Part shown: in pieces, positions 1 through 6,481 of the stretch
How positions within the stretch are numbered: the stretch's first letter is position 1
Layout of the letters: each line of letters starts with the position of its first letter
Origin: a virus
DNA: 35,582 nt
Virus record (IMG/VR): IMGVR_UViG_3300009702_000010
Coordinates: 1-35,582 of that record
Direction: 5' to 3' (one strand)
Program-made: the position numbers and the translations under genes
The notes under the pieces: generated by a model
Told to the model about the DNA's origin: nothing
Seen by the model: the letters and a program-made list of their open reading frames with translations, nothing else
The model's database searches: none

Positions 1-123
1 AGCTACGTAACCAGCTGGCGCTGCTGGACACGATGCTTCAGGCTGCGCTGCGTGACGGCAAATATACTGACGCCCTGAAGATCCAGACGGAAGCGGCTAC
101 GATCCTAAGGCATCTAGTATCTG
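1..123. repeat. Terminal direct repeat copy 1 (identical to 35460..35582); circular-closure overlap
   Basis: Base-by-base comparison gives nt 1-123 = nt 35460-35582 (123/123). The repeat lies inside an open reading frame, so I read it as the overlap of a circular or circularly permuted genome. Unit length is 35,459 bp. Confidence 0.95.
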
Positions 124-143
124 CGCAGAAAGAGCACCCGTAG
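1..143 (+). CDS. 3' end of the junction-spanning GNAT-like CDS (continuation of 34835..35582; nt 1-123 duplicate the window end)
   Basis: The frame of 34835..35582 continues through the repeat and ends ...LVSAQKEHP with TAG at 141-143. It is absent from the ORF track because no window copy holds both start and stop. Confidence 0.7.
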   Translation, partial: LRNQLALLDTMLQAALRDGKYTDALKIQTEAATILRHLVSAQKEHP

Positions 144-468
144 GCCGATATAGTCCGAGTTTGCCCTTGACTGGGATGTGCTCCGCGATCTGCCGAGGAT
201 TCGCTAGTAGCCAGGCAAACCAACCGTCGGGAGGCTCGACGTTGGCGGCATCGGTGTCCTCCTGTGTCGCCGGACGCATATCCACTAGATCCACCACGCA
301 GACAGCTACTCCGAGCGGTCCTTCGGGGACCATTCTTGGCCATGGACGCGCGCCCGCCAAAATGATCACTGGGCCGCGATAGCGAGTCTGCCACGAGCGT
401 AGTTCGATCGTCTTTCGCGCTGTGGCGATCCGGGTCGCCCATGGTTGCCGCACTGATAGCGCTCTCAT
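97..468 (-). CDS. ASCH (PUA-like) domain protein, 123 aa
   Basis: Start placed at ATG 468 (MRALSVRQPWATRIATARKTIELRSWQTRYRGPVIIL...), which overlaps the upstream stop as ATGA (465-468). The RQPWA..I...KTIE.RSW..YRG block and C-terminal KGKLGLY fit the ASCH pattern by eye. Confidence 0.8.
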   Translation of the reverse strand: MRALSVRQPWATRIATARKTIELRSWQTRYRGPVIILAGARPWPRMVPEGPLGVAVCVVDLVDMRPATQEDTDAANVEPPDGWFAWLLANPRQIAEHIPVKGKLGLYRPTGALSAQILDALGS

Positions 469-764
469 AGCGCACCGCCTCCCCAAGCCTCGACCATGGC
501 CTGGGCGAGGCCATGCCATGACCCCGGACCAGGCATCTGGGCGCGCCATGCGGGACCTAGCCCAGCGCCGGGATGCTCGTAGCGATGAGCCATCATCTCT
601 ACCGCTGTGTCGTACAGCGGAGGATCCTCCGCCGGCTCATGTAGCGCCGCCACACCGCAAAACCCGCGAGCGAGCTCCGCTGCAACCCGAGGGAGCTCGC
701 ATCCCGAGGCCAGGAGCGCGTCTTCGACGCGCGCCACCCGATGCCGCAGCGCGTCCGTGCTCAT
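465..764 (-). CDS. hypothetical protein, 99 aa
   Basis: Start at ATG 764 (MSTDALRHRV...) overlaps the upstream stop as ATGA (761-764). No domain recognised. Confidence 0.6.
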   Translation of the reverse strand: MSTDALRHRVARVEDALLASGCELPRVAAELARGFCGVAALHEPAEDPPLYDTAVEMMAHRYEHPGAGLGPAWRAQMPGPGSWHGLAQAMVEAWGGGAL

Positions 765-997
765 CGTCTCGCCTCCGCAACGATGTGGCCGAGCTCGGGG
801 TCCGCGTCGATCCACCGCCGGATCGTCGACCAGCCGACGCCGAGGCGCCTTGCGGCGCCCCTAACATTGCCGTGCTCCGCCCGGATGGCTCGACCTACGC
901 GATTCCGCCGCTCGGGTGCCGTCGCGTAGGCCAGGCGCTGGGCCTCCTGTGATCCGCGCGCCACTAGCGGACCCTCATGACGCTGATGCGATACCAC
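761..997 (-). CDS. small DNA-binding protein with Fis-type HTH at the C-terminus
   Basis: The segment ...AIRAEHGNVRGAARRLGVGWSTIRRWI resembles the HTH_8/Fis pattern (GN..AA..LG.s..T..R). The start is uncertain: GTG 997 (first start after the upstream stop at 1005) or GTG 1054 (50-nt overlap). Confidence 0.55.
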   Translation of the reverse strand: MVSHQRHEGPLVARGSQEAQRLAYATAPERRNRVGRAIRAEHGNVRGAARRLGVGWSTIRRWIDADPELGHIVAEARR

Positions 998-1004
998 GCC
1001 CCCA

Positions 1005-1457
1005 TCAGGTGTGATCTCCGAGCACCGCGAGCGCTGCTGCGCGGAGATCTCCACTCAGGACCACACCGTTGTGTTCAGTCTCGACGATGTCGAGTCTAGT
1101 GGCGTCGCCGTATCCGTTGCCGCTGCCGTAGCCGGCTCCGTAGCCGTAGCCGTAGCCGGCTCCGAAGCCGTAGCCGTAGCCGTAGCCGTAGCCGTCGCCG
1201 CTGCCGTCGCCTTCGCCGAAGCCGTCGCCGCTGCCGTCGCCTTCGCCGGAGCCTTCGCCGCTGCCTTCGCCGGAGCCGCTGCCGCTGCCGCTGCCGCTGC
1301 CGAAGCCGCTGCTGCTGCCGGCAGCGGCATCTCGGAGCCAGCTCCGCCACTCTGCCATGGCGGCTGCGTAGGTGGAGTGATCCAGCGGGCGCCCGTGCGC
1401 CCACTGGATCGCATCGGTGCAGGCGCCGCACAGCGCCAGGAGCCATGTCAGCTCCAT
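1005..1457 (-). CDS. low-complexity protein with 34 consecutive Gly-X dipeptides, 150 aa
   Basis: ATG 1457 has GGGAGGA 6 nt upstream. Ordinary N-terminal (MELTWLLALCGACTDAIQWAHG...) and C-terminal sequences flank the repeat. Several other frames are open over the repeat (1055..1414 and 1096..1464 on minus, 1011..1835 on plus). This one is chosen for its start context and non-repeat ends. Confidence 0.7.
   Translation of the reverse strand: MELTWLLALCGACTDAIQWAHGRPLDHSTYAAAMAEWRSWLRDAAAGSSSGFGSGSGSGSGSGEGSGEGSGEGDGSGDGFGEGDGSGDGYGYGYGYGFGAGYGYGYGAGYGSGNGYGDATRLDIVETEHNGVVLSGDLRAAALAVLGDHT
1104..1307. repeat. In-frame tandem repeat tract (6-nt GTAGCC/GCTGCC-type units and a 30-nt unit) encoding (Gly-X)34
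   Basis: There are runs of gccgta and gccgct units. 1191-1218 equals 1221-1248 (28/28), giving the GEGDGSGDG(F/Y) duplication. Confidence 0.9.
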
Positions 1458-1726
1458 GGCTCATCCTCCCACGAGGCGGCGGCCTTGTCGGAGGCCTCGA
1501 ACACGCCTGTCACGTTGCGCAGGACTGCGCGCTCCACGGCAGGAGACACCCGTGATTGCGGGCCAATCGGACGCGCGGCAACGCCGAGCACACCGTGCGA
1601 TGATGCGTCCCAATATACGATCATCCGGCAATGCGTGAGGACGATGGGATCGGCTCCAGGATCCATCGTCTTGCCGACGAATACGCCACGATGGGCCGTT
1701 GTGACTACCACGTTGTGTGCCTCCAT
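1448..1726 (-). CDS. hypothetical protein, 92 aa
   Basis: ATG 1726 (MEAHNVVVTTAHRGVFVGKTMDPG...). Third codon positions are mostly G/C. The 3' end overlaps the next start by 10 nt. No domain recognised. Confidence 0.7.
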   Translation of the reverse strand: MEAHNVVVTTAHRGVFVGKTMDPGADPIVLTHCRMIVYWDASSHGVLGVAARPIGPQSRVSPAVERAVLRNVTGVFEASDKAAASWEDEPWS

Positions 1727-1736
1727 TTTGCGCTTC

Positions 1737-1804
1737 TTTCTCGCGATTTGGCTCGCGTCACTGCCTCGGAGCTCTCGCTCCGGGGCAGTAGCTCGACTCA
1801 GATC
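1737..1804 (-). repeat. Intergenic double stem-loop element, copy A
   Basis: The conserved block tttctcgcga-tttggctcgcgtcactgcc...ggcagtagctc is shared with 2044..2112. The large hairpin is 1761-1772 / 1777-1788 (12 bp, one T:G position, loop tctc). The small hairpin is cgcga(1742-1746)/tcgcg(1753-1757). Confidence 0.8.
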
Positions 1805-2033
1805 ACGCCGACACCTCCGCCTGCCGACGCTCTGAGCGCGTCGGTCCCCACGGGCCCAGCTCGACGTGTCTGCCATTGCGGTTTTCGCGACGCCGCGCGC
1901 CGCAAGCGTCGCACTCGACCTCGACGCACACACCGCCATGGGCGGCGGGGTCCTCATCGCTGTGCGGCCAGGCGACGCTGGACGTGAAACACCGGGTGGC
2001 AATATCGGTCGTAGATGTGTGTGTGCAGCTCAT
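1803..2033 (-). CDS. hypothetical small Cys-containing protein, 76 aa
   Basis: ATG 2033 is preceded by TAGGAGGCT. Third codon positions are G/C-rich. It contains a CDAC motif, also present in the next gene upstream. Confidence 0.55.
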   Translation of the reverse strand: MSCTHTSTTDIATRCFTSSVAWPHSDEDPAAHGGVCVEVECDACGARRRENRNGRHVELGPWGPTRSERRQAEVSA

Positions 2034-2043
2034 AGCCTCCTAC

Positions 2044-2112
2044 TTTCTCGCGAGATTTGGCTCGCGTCACTGCCCTGGAGCGAGAGCTCCAGGGCAGTAG
2101 CTCAAGTCAATC
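2044..2112 (-). repeat. Intergenic double stem-loop element, copy B
   Basis: The large hairpin is 2070-2081 / 2086-2097 (perfect 12 bp, loop gaga). The small hairpin is cgcgag(2049-2054)/ctcgcg(2061-2066). tctcgcgaga (2046-2055) is a perfect 10-bp palindrome. Confidence 0.8.
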
Positions 2113-2382
2113 TTCCTCGGTGGCATCGATCCATTGCTTGCGCGCTGCTCGATCTACCACGGTAAGCCGATAGCTCGACAACTCGTCAAGCCCCGCGTCG
2201 TCCACGGCGTAGTCGTGGTCCTGGAGCCACTCGCCCTCGCATGCGTCGCACATCCCGCGGTGGAGCCCGTGCTCCACCGGACCGAGATCGATCGCGAGTG
2301 TGTCGCTGTGCTCGCGGTGCCACCCGCAGAGCCTGACCCGTGCGTCCCTGTGTGCCTCTCGATATGTGATGATGCCTGCCAT
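2107..2382 (-). CDS. hypothetical protein, 91 aa
   Basis: Start placed at ATG 2382 (MAGIITYREAHR...) with GGAGG 8 nt upstream. The leader CAGGAGGCTAGAGAC is nearly identical to the one before ATG 11274. Confidence 0.65.
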   Translation of the reverse strand: MAGIITYREAHRDARVRLCGWHREHSDTLAIDLGPVEHGLHRGMCDACEGEWLQDHDYAVDDAGLDELSSYRLTVVDRAARKQWIDATEED

Positions 2383-2419
2383 GTCTCTAGCCTCCTGCCG
2401 AGCTCCCTGCCCGACACAC

Positions 2420-2448
2420 ACAGTATGCCCACCGATGGGCGTAAGCAA
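2420..2448 (-). promoter_or_regulatory. Candidate sigma70-like promoter for the 2382 gene block
   Basis: The minus strand reads TTGCTT (2448-2443), a 17-nt spacer, then TACTGT (2425-2420). It lies in the 162-bp gap after the VirE-like gene. Sequence match only. Confidence 0.3.
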
Positions 2449-2490
2449 GGGGTCAGGGGACTTTTTTTGCCCCCCGTGTCGCTTTTTCGC

Positions 2491-2508
2491 TAACTGCCCG
2501 GAATTACT
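2491..2508 (+). repeat. Fourth, more diverged copy of the 18-bp motif TAAsT-N3-CGGAAT-yAyT
   Basis: TAACTGCCCGGAATTACT matches the 11797 copy at 14/18 positions. It lies in the second-largest non-coding gap. Confidence 0.5.
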
Positions 2509-2544
2509 CGGGAACGCGCAGCGTCGCCCGCTCGATCGTCAGCA

Positions 2545-3870
2545 CTACGCCTCTGGCTCCCACAGCCTCGATCTACTGCCGCCGCTACTGCGCCGCCTAG
2601 GAGACCACCCGTTGCGCCGCAGGCACCGCGATATCCGCTGCGCGTCGCCCGGGGTCTGATGGCTGGGCTCTATCAGGAGCGCGTTGGTCGCGATCTCCGC
2701 GAGCCGTACACCCGACGGGTGGGCCTCTAGGTACTCCACGATGCGCTCGTCCCAGAGATCCCCATGCACGCGCGCCGACTGCTCAGCGACTAGCGCACCA
2801 CGCAGGGATGCGTCGGGATACCACAGGTTTCCGGCGCGGTAGAGCTCGACGGCTTCGCCCCACAGTTGGTCGCGATCGCGCCGCAGCTCATCGACGCGGA
2901 CTGTGCGCACCCGCACGGGCCACCATCGCCGGTTCTCCACGTCCAGCAGATATTCGACTTCGTTCGTCGTCGCGGCGAACACGCAGGAGCGCGGGCGTCG
3001 CACGAAATTCCTCGTGTACGGGGCGCGATAGACATCTTCGTTCCGCGTGAAAAAGGACTTGTTCCGCTCGATGTCGCTCCGCCGCGTCGCGCCGAGCTCG
3101 TCGTTCATGGCGCACCAGATCCCACCGAGTGCGTGCATCGCATCTTTGTCGCGCAGGTCCGGCAGCTCCGGCAGATACCAGGGCGAAAACAACGCCTCGA
3201 TGCCCTGGTTCTTGCCCGCGCCCTGCGCCCCCTCGAGCACAAGCACATGGTCGACCTTGCAACCGGGAGTGAGGGCGCGAGCCACTGCCGAAATGAGCCA
3301 CCACCGACCCACATTGGCCAGGTAGACACCCTGCACCGGCGTGCGCGATTCCGCGTCGAAATAGTGCTGTAGCCAGCCCTCGACGCGCGGCACTCCATCC
3401 CACTGTACCGAGCAGGCGTCGAGGTAGTCGCGTAGCGGGTGCACTGGGTTAGCGCGCGCCGCATAATCGAGGGCTGCGCGAACGGCTTCCGGTCCCCAGC
3501 TCTGCGACCATGCACGCCGCAGCCACAGGCCCGCGTAGACCAGATGCTTGTCGCAGAGCTCTCCGGCTGGCGGCGGCGGCAGCGTCGGCCAACCATCGGG
3601 CAGGCGTGGCAGCGGCGGGAACGATCGCGCCTGGATCTCGCCAGCGAACACATCGTGCTCCAGAGCACCGGACCACGCCTGGCTCTGCGTGAGGATGAGC
3701 GCCGCGTTGCCCGGATCTTTGGTTGGGATGCCATGCTCATTGCAGGCTAGCGCGCGCGACCACTCGGGCGGCGGAGCCTCGTCGTCCCGTACTACGCGCA
3801 CCGGGCCTGGGGGCGGCGCGTCGGGAGCGTCTGAATCGTCGGGCGTGTAGTCGTCGGTCGGACCGATCAC
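2545..3870 (-). CDS. VirE-like P-loop NTPase (putative replication initiator / primase-associated helicase), 441 aa
   Basis: GTG 3870 overlaps the upstream stop as GTGA. The blocks WDGVPRVEGWL, KVDHVLVLEGAQGAGKN (Walker A), WCAMNDELG (Walker B-like), RSCVFAATTN and NRRWWPVRV fit the VirE (PF05272-type) pattern by eye. Confidence 0.88.
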   Translation of the reverse strand: MIGPTDDYTPDDSDAPDAPPPGPVRVVRDDEAPPPEWSRALACNEHGIPTKDPGNAALILTQSQAWSGALEHDVFAGEIQARSFPPLPRLPDGWPTLPPPPAGELCDKHLVYAGLWLRRAWSQSWGPEAVRAALDYAARANPVHPLRDYLDACSVQWDGVPRVEGWLQHYFDAESRTPVQGVYLANVGRWWLISAVARALTPGCKVDHVLVLEGAQGAGKNQGIEALFSPWYLPELPDLRDKDAMHALGGIWCAMNDELGATRRSDIERNKSFFTRNEDVYRAPYTRNFVRRPRSCVFAATTNEVEYLLDVENRRWWPVRVRTVRVDELRRDRDQLWGEAVELYRAGNLWYPDASLRGALVAEQSARVHGDLWDERIVEYLEAHPSGVRLAEIATNALLIEPSHQTPGDAQRISRCLRRNGWSPRRRSSGGSRSRLWEPEA

Positions 3871-4151
3871 GCCTCGGCCTCGAACGCAGCGATGGGACTG
3901 TGACGTAGCGACTCGACCTGATAGCGGTCCGGCTGATACCGGAGCCCGCAGCGACGGCACTGGATCCCCCGCACCCTGTGCGGCAGGCCGGCGCACGCAG
4001 GGCACCGCGGGTCTCCTGGAGTGAGGGCGCGTGCCGCGTGGCATGCGTGGCAGACGCGACGCCGCCGGCCGTCCTGGCGCGTCAGTTGAAAATCATCTCG
4101 CGGGCCGTCATGGCCACACACCGGACAGCGGTAGGTCCTCGGGGTTTGCAT
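3867..4151 (-). CDS. zinc-ribbon protein with four CxxC pairs, 94 aa
   Basis: ATG 4151 has GGAG 6 nt upstream. The pairs are CPVC...CHAC...CPAC...CRRC. It is translationally coupled (GTGA) to the VirE-like gene. Confidence 0.65.
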   Translation of the reverse strand: MQTPRTYRCPVCGHDGPRDDFQLTRQDGRRRRVCHACHAARALTPGDPRCPACAGLPHRVRGIQCRRCGLRYQPDRYQVESLRHSPIAAFEAEA

Positions 4152-4210
4152 CGGACACTCCATTGATAGGGATCTATACGCACACACCCGCTGCGCGCGG
4201 GCGTCAACCG

Positions 4211-4489
4211 TCAGCGGGAGAGTCGCGCAAGTAGCGCAGATCGCAGGCGCGCCATGACCAGTCGCGGGAGCCCACGTCGATCCAGATCGGCAGCGGCGCC
4301 CGTCTCCAGGTCCAGCCATACCTCGGTAATCGCCTGGTCGAGTAGCTCATTGCGCACCCGGATGGGTACGCGGAGGGCGTCCAGCGCCTGGCAGATCCGG
4401 ATCCAATCAGCGGCGGGGTCGCGCACCTGTCGCCTGCCGACGCTGCGCCCTAGCCGATAGGCGGCCACGAGCTCGGGAGCAACGGTCAC
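4211..4489 (-). CDS. hypothetical protein, 92 aa
   Basis: GTG 4489 overlaps the VRR-NUC stop as GTGA (4486-4489). The remainder of track ORF 4211..4906 overlaps VRR-NUC out of frame and is discarded. Confidence 0.5.
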   Translation of the reverse strand: MTVAPELVAAYRLGRSVGRRQVRDPAADWIRICQALDALRVPIRVRNELLDQAITEVWLDLETGAAADLDRRGLPRLVMARLRSALLARLSR

Positions 4490-4845
4490 TGGCGCGCCCC
4501 CATGCGCGCTCGCGCTATGCCTGCGCGGGCGTCGTCGACGCTCCGCACGACAGCCGCGAAACCTCCGTGACTGCGCACCAGATCGAGGAACAGTTGCTGC
4601 GCAGCGCTGACGCGACCACGCGGCCGTTTGACCTCGATCGCGACGAAGCGGCCGAGCTCCCCGACCGTCAAGATGCCGATGAGATCCGAGGCTCCGGTGA
4701 CCAGCCCGTAGCGCGTCGCGGTCGTTCCACGCGGACCGGTCCGGCGCGCAACGCCCACGTTGTTCCGCCACAACACCAAGCCAGGCTCTCGGCCTAGCGC
4801 CCGGCGGATATCGGACTGGATGAGCGACTCGGACCGTGCTGTCAC
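4486..4845 (-). CDS. VRR-NUC domain nuclease, 119 aa
   Basis: GTG 4845 has GAGGGA 9 nt upstream. LWRNNVG...GASDLIGIL...FVAIEVKRPRGRVSAAQQLFLDLV..GGFAAVV fits the VRR-NUC PD-(D/E)XK pattern (D...E-V-K). Confidence 0.85.
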   Translation of the reverse strand: MTARSESLIQSDIRRALGREPGLVLWRNNVGVARRTGPRGTTATRYGLVTGASDLIGILTVGELGRFVAIEVKRPRGRVSAAQQLFLDLVRSHGGFAAVVRSVDDARAGIARARMGARQ

Positions 4846-4949
4846 GACTCGCTGTCCCTCGTCGAGCTCCGCCGCTGTTCCGCTTCGCGCTCGCGTTTAG
4901 CGGCACGGCGCAGAGCCCGCGTTGGATCGGTCAGCAGCGCGTCGGCGAT

Positions 4950-5009
4950 CTAGCAGATCCAGAACAGCACCAGCGCCGAGATGCACACGAGCATGTACAA
5001 CTCCATCAT
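4950..5009 (-). CDS. candidate 19-aa hydrophobic micro-protein (MMELYMLVCISALVLFWIC)
   Basis: ATG 5009 overlaps the helicase stop as ATGA (5006-5009). All 19 sense codons end in G or C (hand count). The product is a single transmembrane-length hydrophobic stretch. Confidence 0.35.
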   Translation of the reverse strand: MMELYMLVCISALVLFWIC

Positions 5010-6481
5010 CCACCAGCCTTTCGCAGCCATGCACGCGGCGGCCACCCGCCGAACATACCCTTGTATCTCACGCCGACAAACCCCGGCTTGAGCCCGCGCG
5101 CTTGCTGCACACCCACGAGCCGGCGGAGCTCGGCCAGGCGCTCCTGTTCGCTGCACCGGGCCATCAGCTCCAGGCCCGGCGCGACCCCGAACAGCGCGCG
5201 GTATTCTTTGATCGCAAACCAGAGCGCGAACCCTCGCTCTGCGCACACTCCGCGCAAGCGGTCCCACTCGTGAGCACGCCACTCGCCGCTTACCGCTGCC
5301 GGGTCTCCGCCGGCTGCGTCGATCGCCTCCGCTAGCTCGAGGTCCCAGATCCTTGGCCGATGCCGCTCGGGCGCGGGCCATACGTATCCGCACGCCTCGC
5401 ATGGGTTCTCTGCTCTGGGCACGCACGCGCCGCATTGCGGGCAATTTTTGAGCGACTCTCCGACGACCCGGATTGGCCTGCCGTCGAGAGCATACTCGCG
5501 ATCGGCTGTGGGTAGGCCATGGATCCACGACACGCCGGGCAGATCCACGAGCACCGCCGAGCTCTTGCCGGGAGCCGGGCGCAGCGCGCGGCCTACGATC
5601 TGGAGATACGTGCCGGCTGCCGAGCAGCCTCGCGCCAGTAGGATAGTGCTCGCCGCTGGCACGTCCACGCCTTCCGTCAGGACAAATACGTTCCACAACA
5701 CTCGCACGTTGCCGTCGCGGAATGCCGCTATCGCATCTTCGCGCCGCACATTGCCGCATTCGCCGGTGACAGCTCGACTCGGGATACCGGCCGCGGAAAA
5801 CGCTTTCGCCTGCGCCCTCGCCTCCTCGACGGATCGCGCAAACGCGAAGCAAGGCCCTGCGAGACCCGCCTCTTCGAGCTGGCGCCAGGCGTCGAGAGGT
5901 GCGCGCGCCAGGTCCGACCCTAGATACTCCGGCGGGCGAAACACTCGACATGGCACCAGGTGCCCGGCCTCGACGAGCTCGGGATAGCGTGCGCCCACGA
6001 CGAGCCGCTCAAACAGATCGCCCAGCGGACGCCCATCGCCACGCTGCGGAGTCGCAGTGAGGCCCAGCACGCGCGCGTCCGGGTAGTCCGCTAGCAGCGT
6101 GCGGTAGGTGTATGCCACGGCATGATGCGCCTCATCGTAGACGATGAGACTCGCAGCGGGTCGCTGGCCGCGGGACAGCAGTGTCTCGATCGACGCCACC
6201 TGGACCCTCGCCCAGGGGTCCGGCGCATGCTGCGGACTCACGATTGCCAGATCGGTTAGCCCCGCTTGCCGGAGCGCGCTGGCAGCCTGAGCGAGTAGCT
6301 CCCGACGATGCGCGAGCCACAGGACCCTGCCACCATTGACCAGCTCGGCGCGAGCAATGGCACAGGCCGTGCGCGTCTTACCGCCGCCGGTCGGCAGAAC
6401 TAGCAGCACGCGCCGCGACTCGCTCCATGCCGCTTGGACACTCGCGGCGGCGGCAGTCTGGTAGGGACGGAGCGGATTCAT
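5006..6481 (-). CDS. SF2 DEAD/DEAH-box helicase with C-terminal zinc ribbon, 491 aa
   Basis: Start at ATG 6481 (MNPLRPYQ...) overlaps the methyltransferase stop as ATGA. Motifs present: LPTGGGKT (I), VYDEAHH (II), LTATP (III), TEGVDVP (V), QIVGRALR (VI), and CPQCG...CEACG. Confidence 0.9.
   Translation of the reverse strand: MNPLRPYQTAAAASVQAAWSESRRVLLVLPTGGGKTRTACAIARAELVNGGRVLWLAHRRELLAQAASALRQAGLTDLAIVSPQHAPDPWARVQVASIETLLSRGQRPAASLIVYDEAHHAVAYTYRTLLADYPDARVLGLTATPQRGDGRPLGDLFERLVVGARYPELVEAGHLVPCRVFRPPEYLGSDLARAPLDAWRQLEEAGLAGPCFAFARSVEEARAQAKAFSAAGIPSRAVTGECGNVRREDAIAAFRDGNVRVLWNVFVLTEGVDVPAASTILLARGCSAAGTYLQIVGRALRPAPGKSSAVLVDLPGVSWIHGLPTADREYALDGRPIRVVGESLKNCPQCGACVPRAENPCEACGYVWPAPERHRPRIWDLELAEAIDAAGGDPAAVSGEWRAHEWDRLRGVCAERGFALWFAIKEYRALFGVAPGLELMARCSEQERLAELRRLVGVQQARGLKPGFVGVRYKGMFGGWPPRAWLRKAGG

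Noticed and set aside
1-123. The 123-bp terminal repeat as a physical T7-type direct terminal repeat, or as att/prophage boundaries.
   Set aside because: The repeat lies inside a continuous coding frame. No integrase or host flanking genes are present, and the gene order closes into a coherent circle.
1055-1464. The Ala-rich (1055..1414) and Arg-rich (1096..1464) alternative frames over the repeat tract as the real product.
   Set aside because: Neither has a start with an RBS or non-repetitive flanks that fit the operon. The Gly-X frame starts 6 nt after GGGAGGA and joins the neighbouring genes without a gap.
2455-2476. GGGGAC-TTTTTTT-GCCCCC as a rho-independent terminator after the VirE-like gene.
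   Set aside because: The stem has only 4 clean base pairs plus a mismatch. The T-run (an A-run on the transcribed minus strand) lies in the loop rather than after the stem.
4164-4210. TTGACG ... TATAGA as a promoter, and CCCGC-tgcgc-GCGGG as a terminator, in the gap upstream of the zinc-ribbon gene.
   Set aside because: The spacer between the hexamers is 23 nt, which is too long. The hairpin has only 5 bp and no U-tract.
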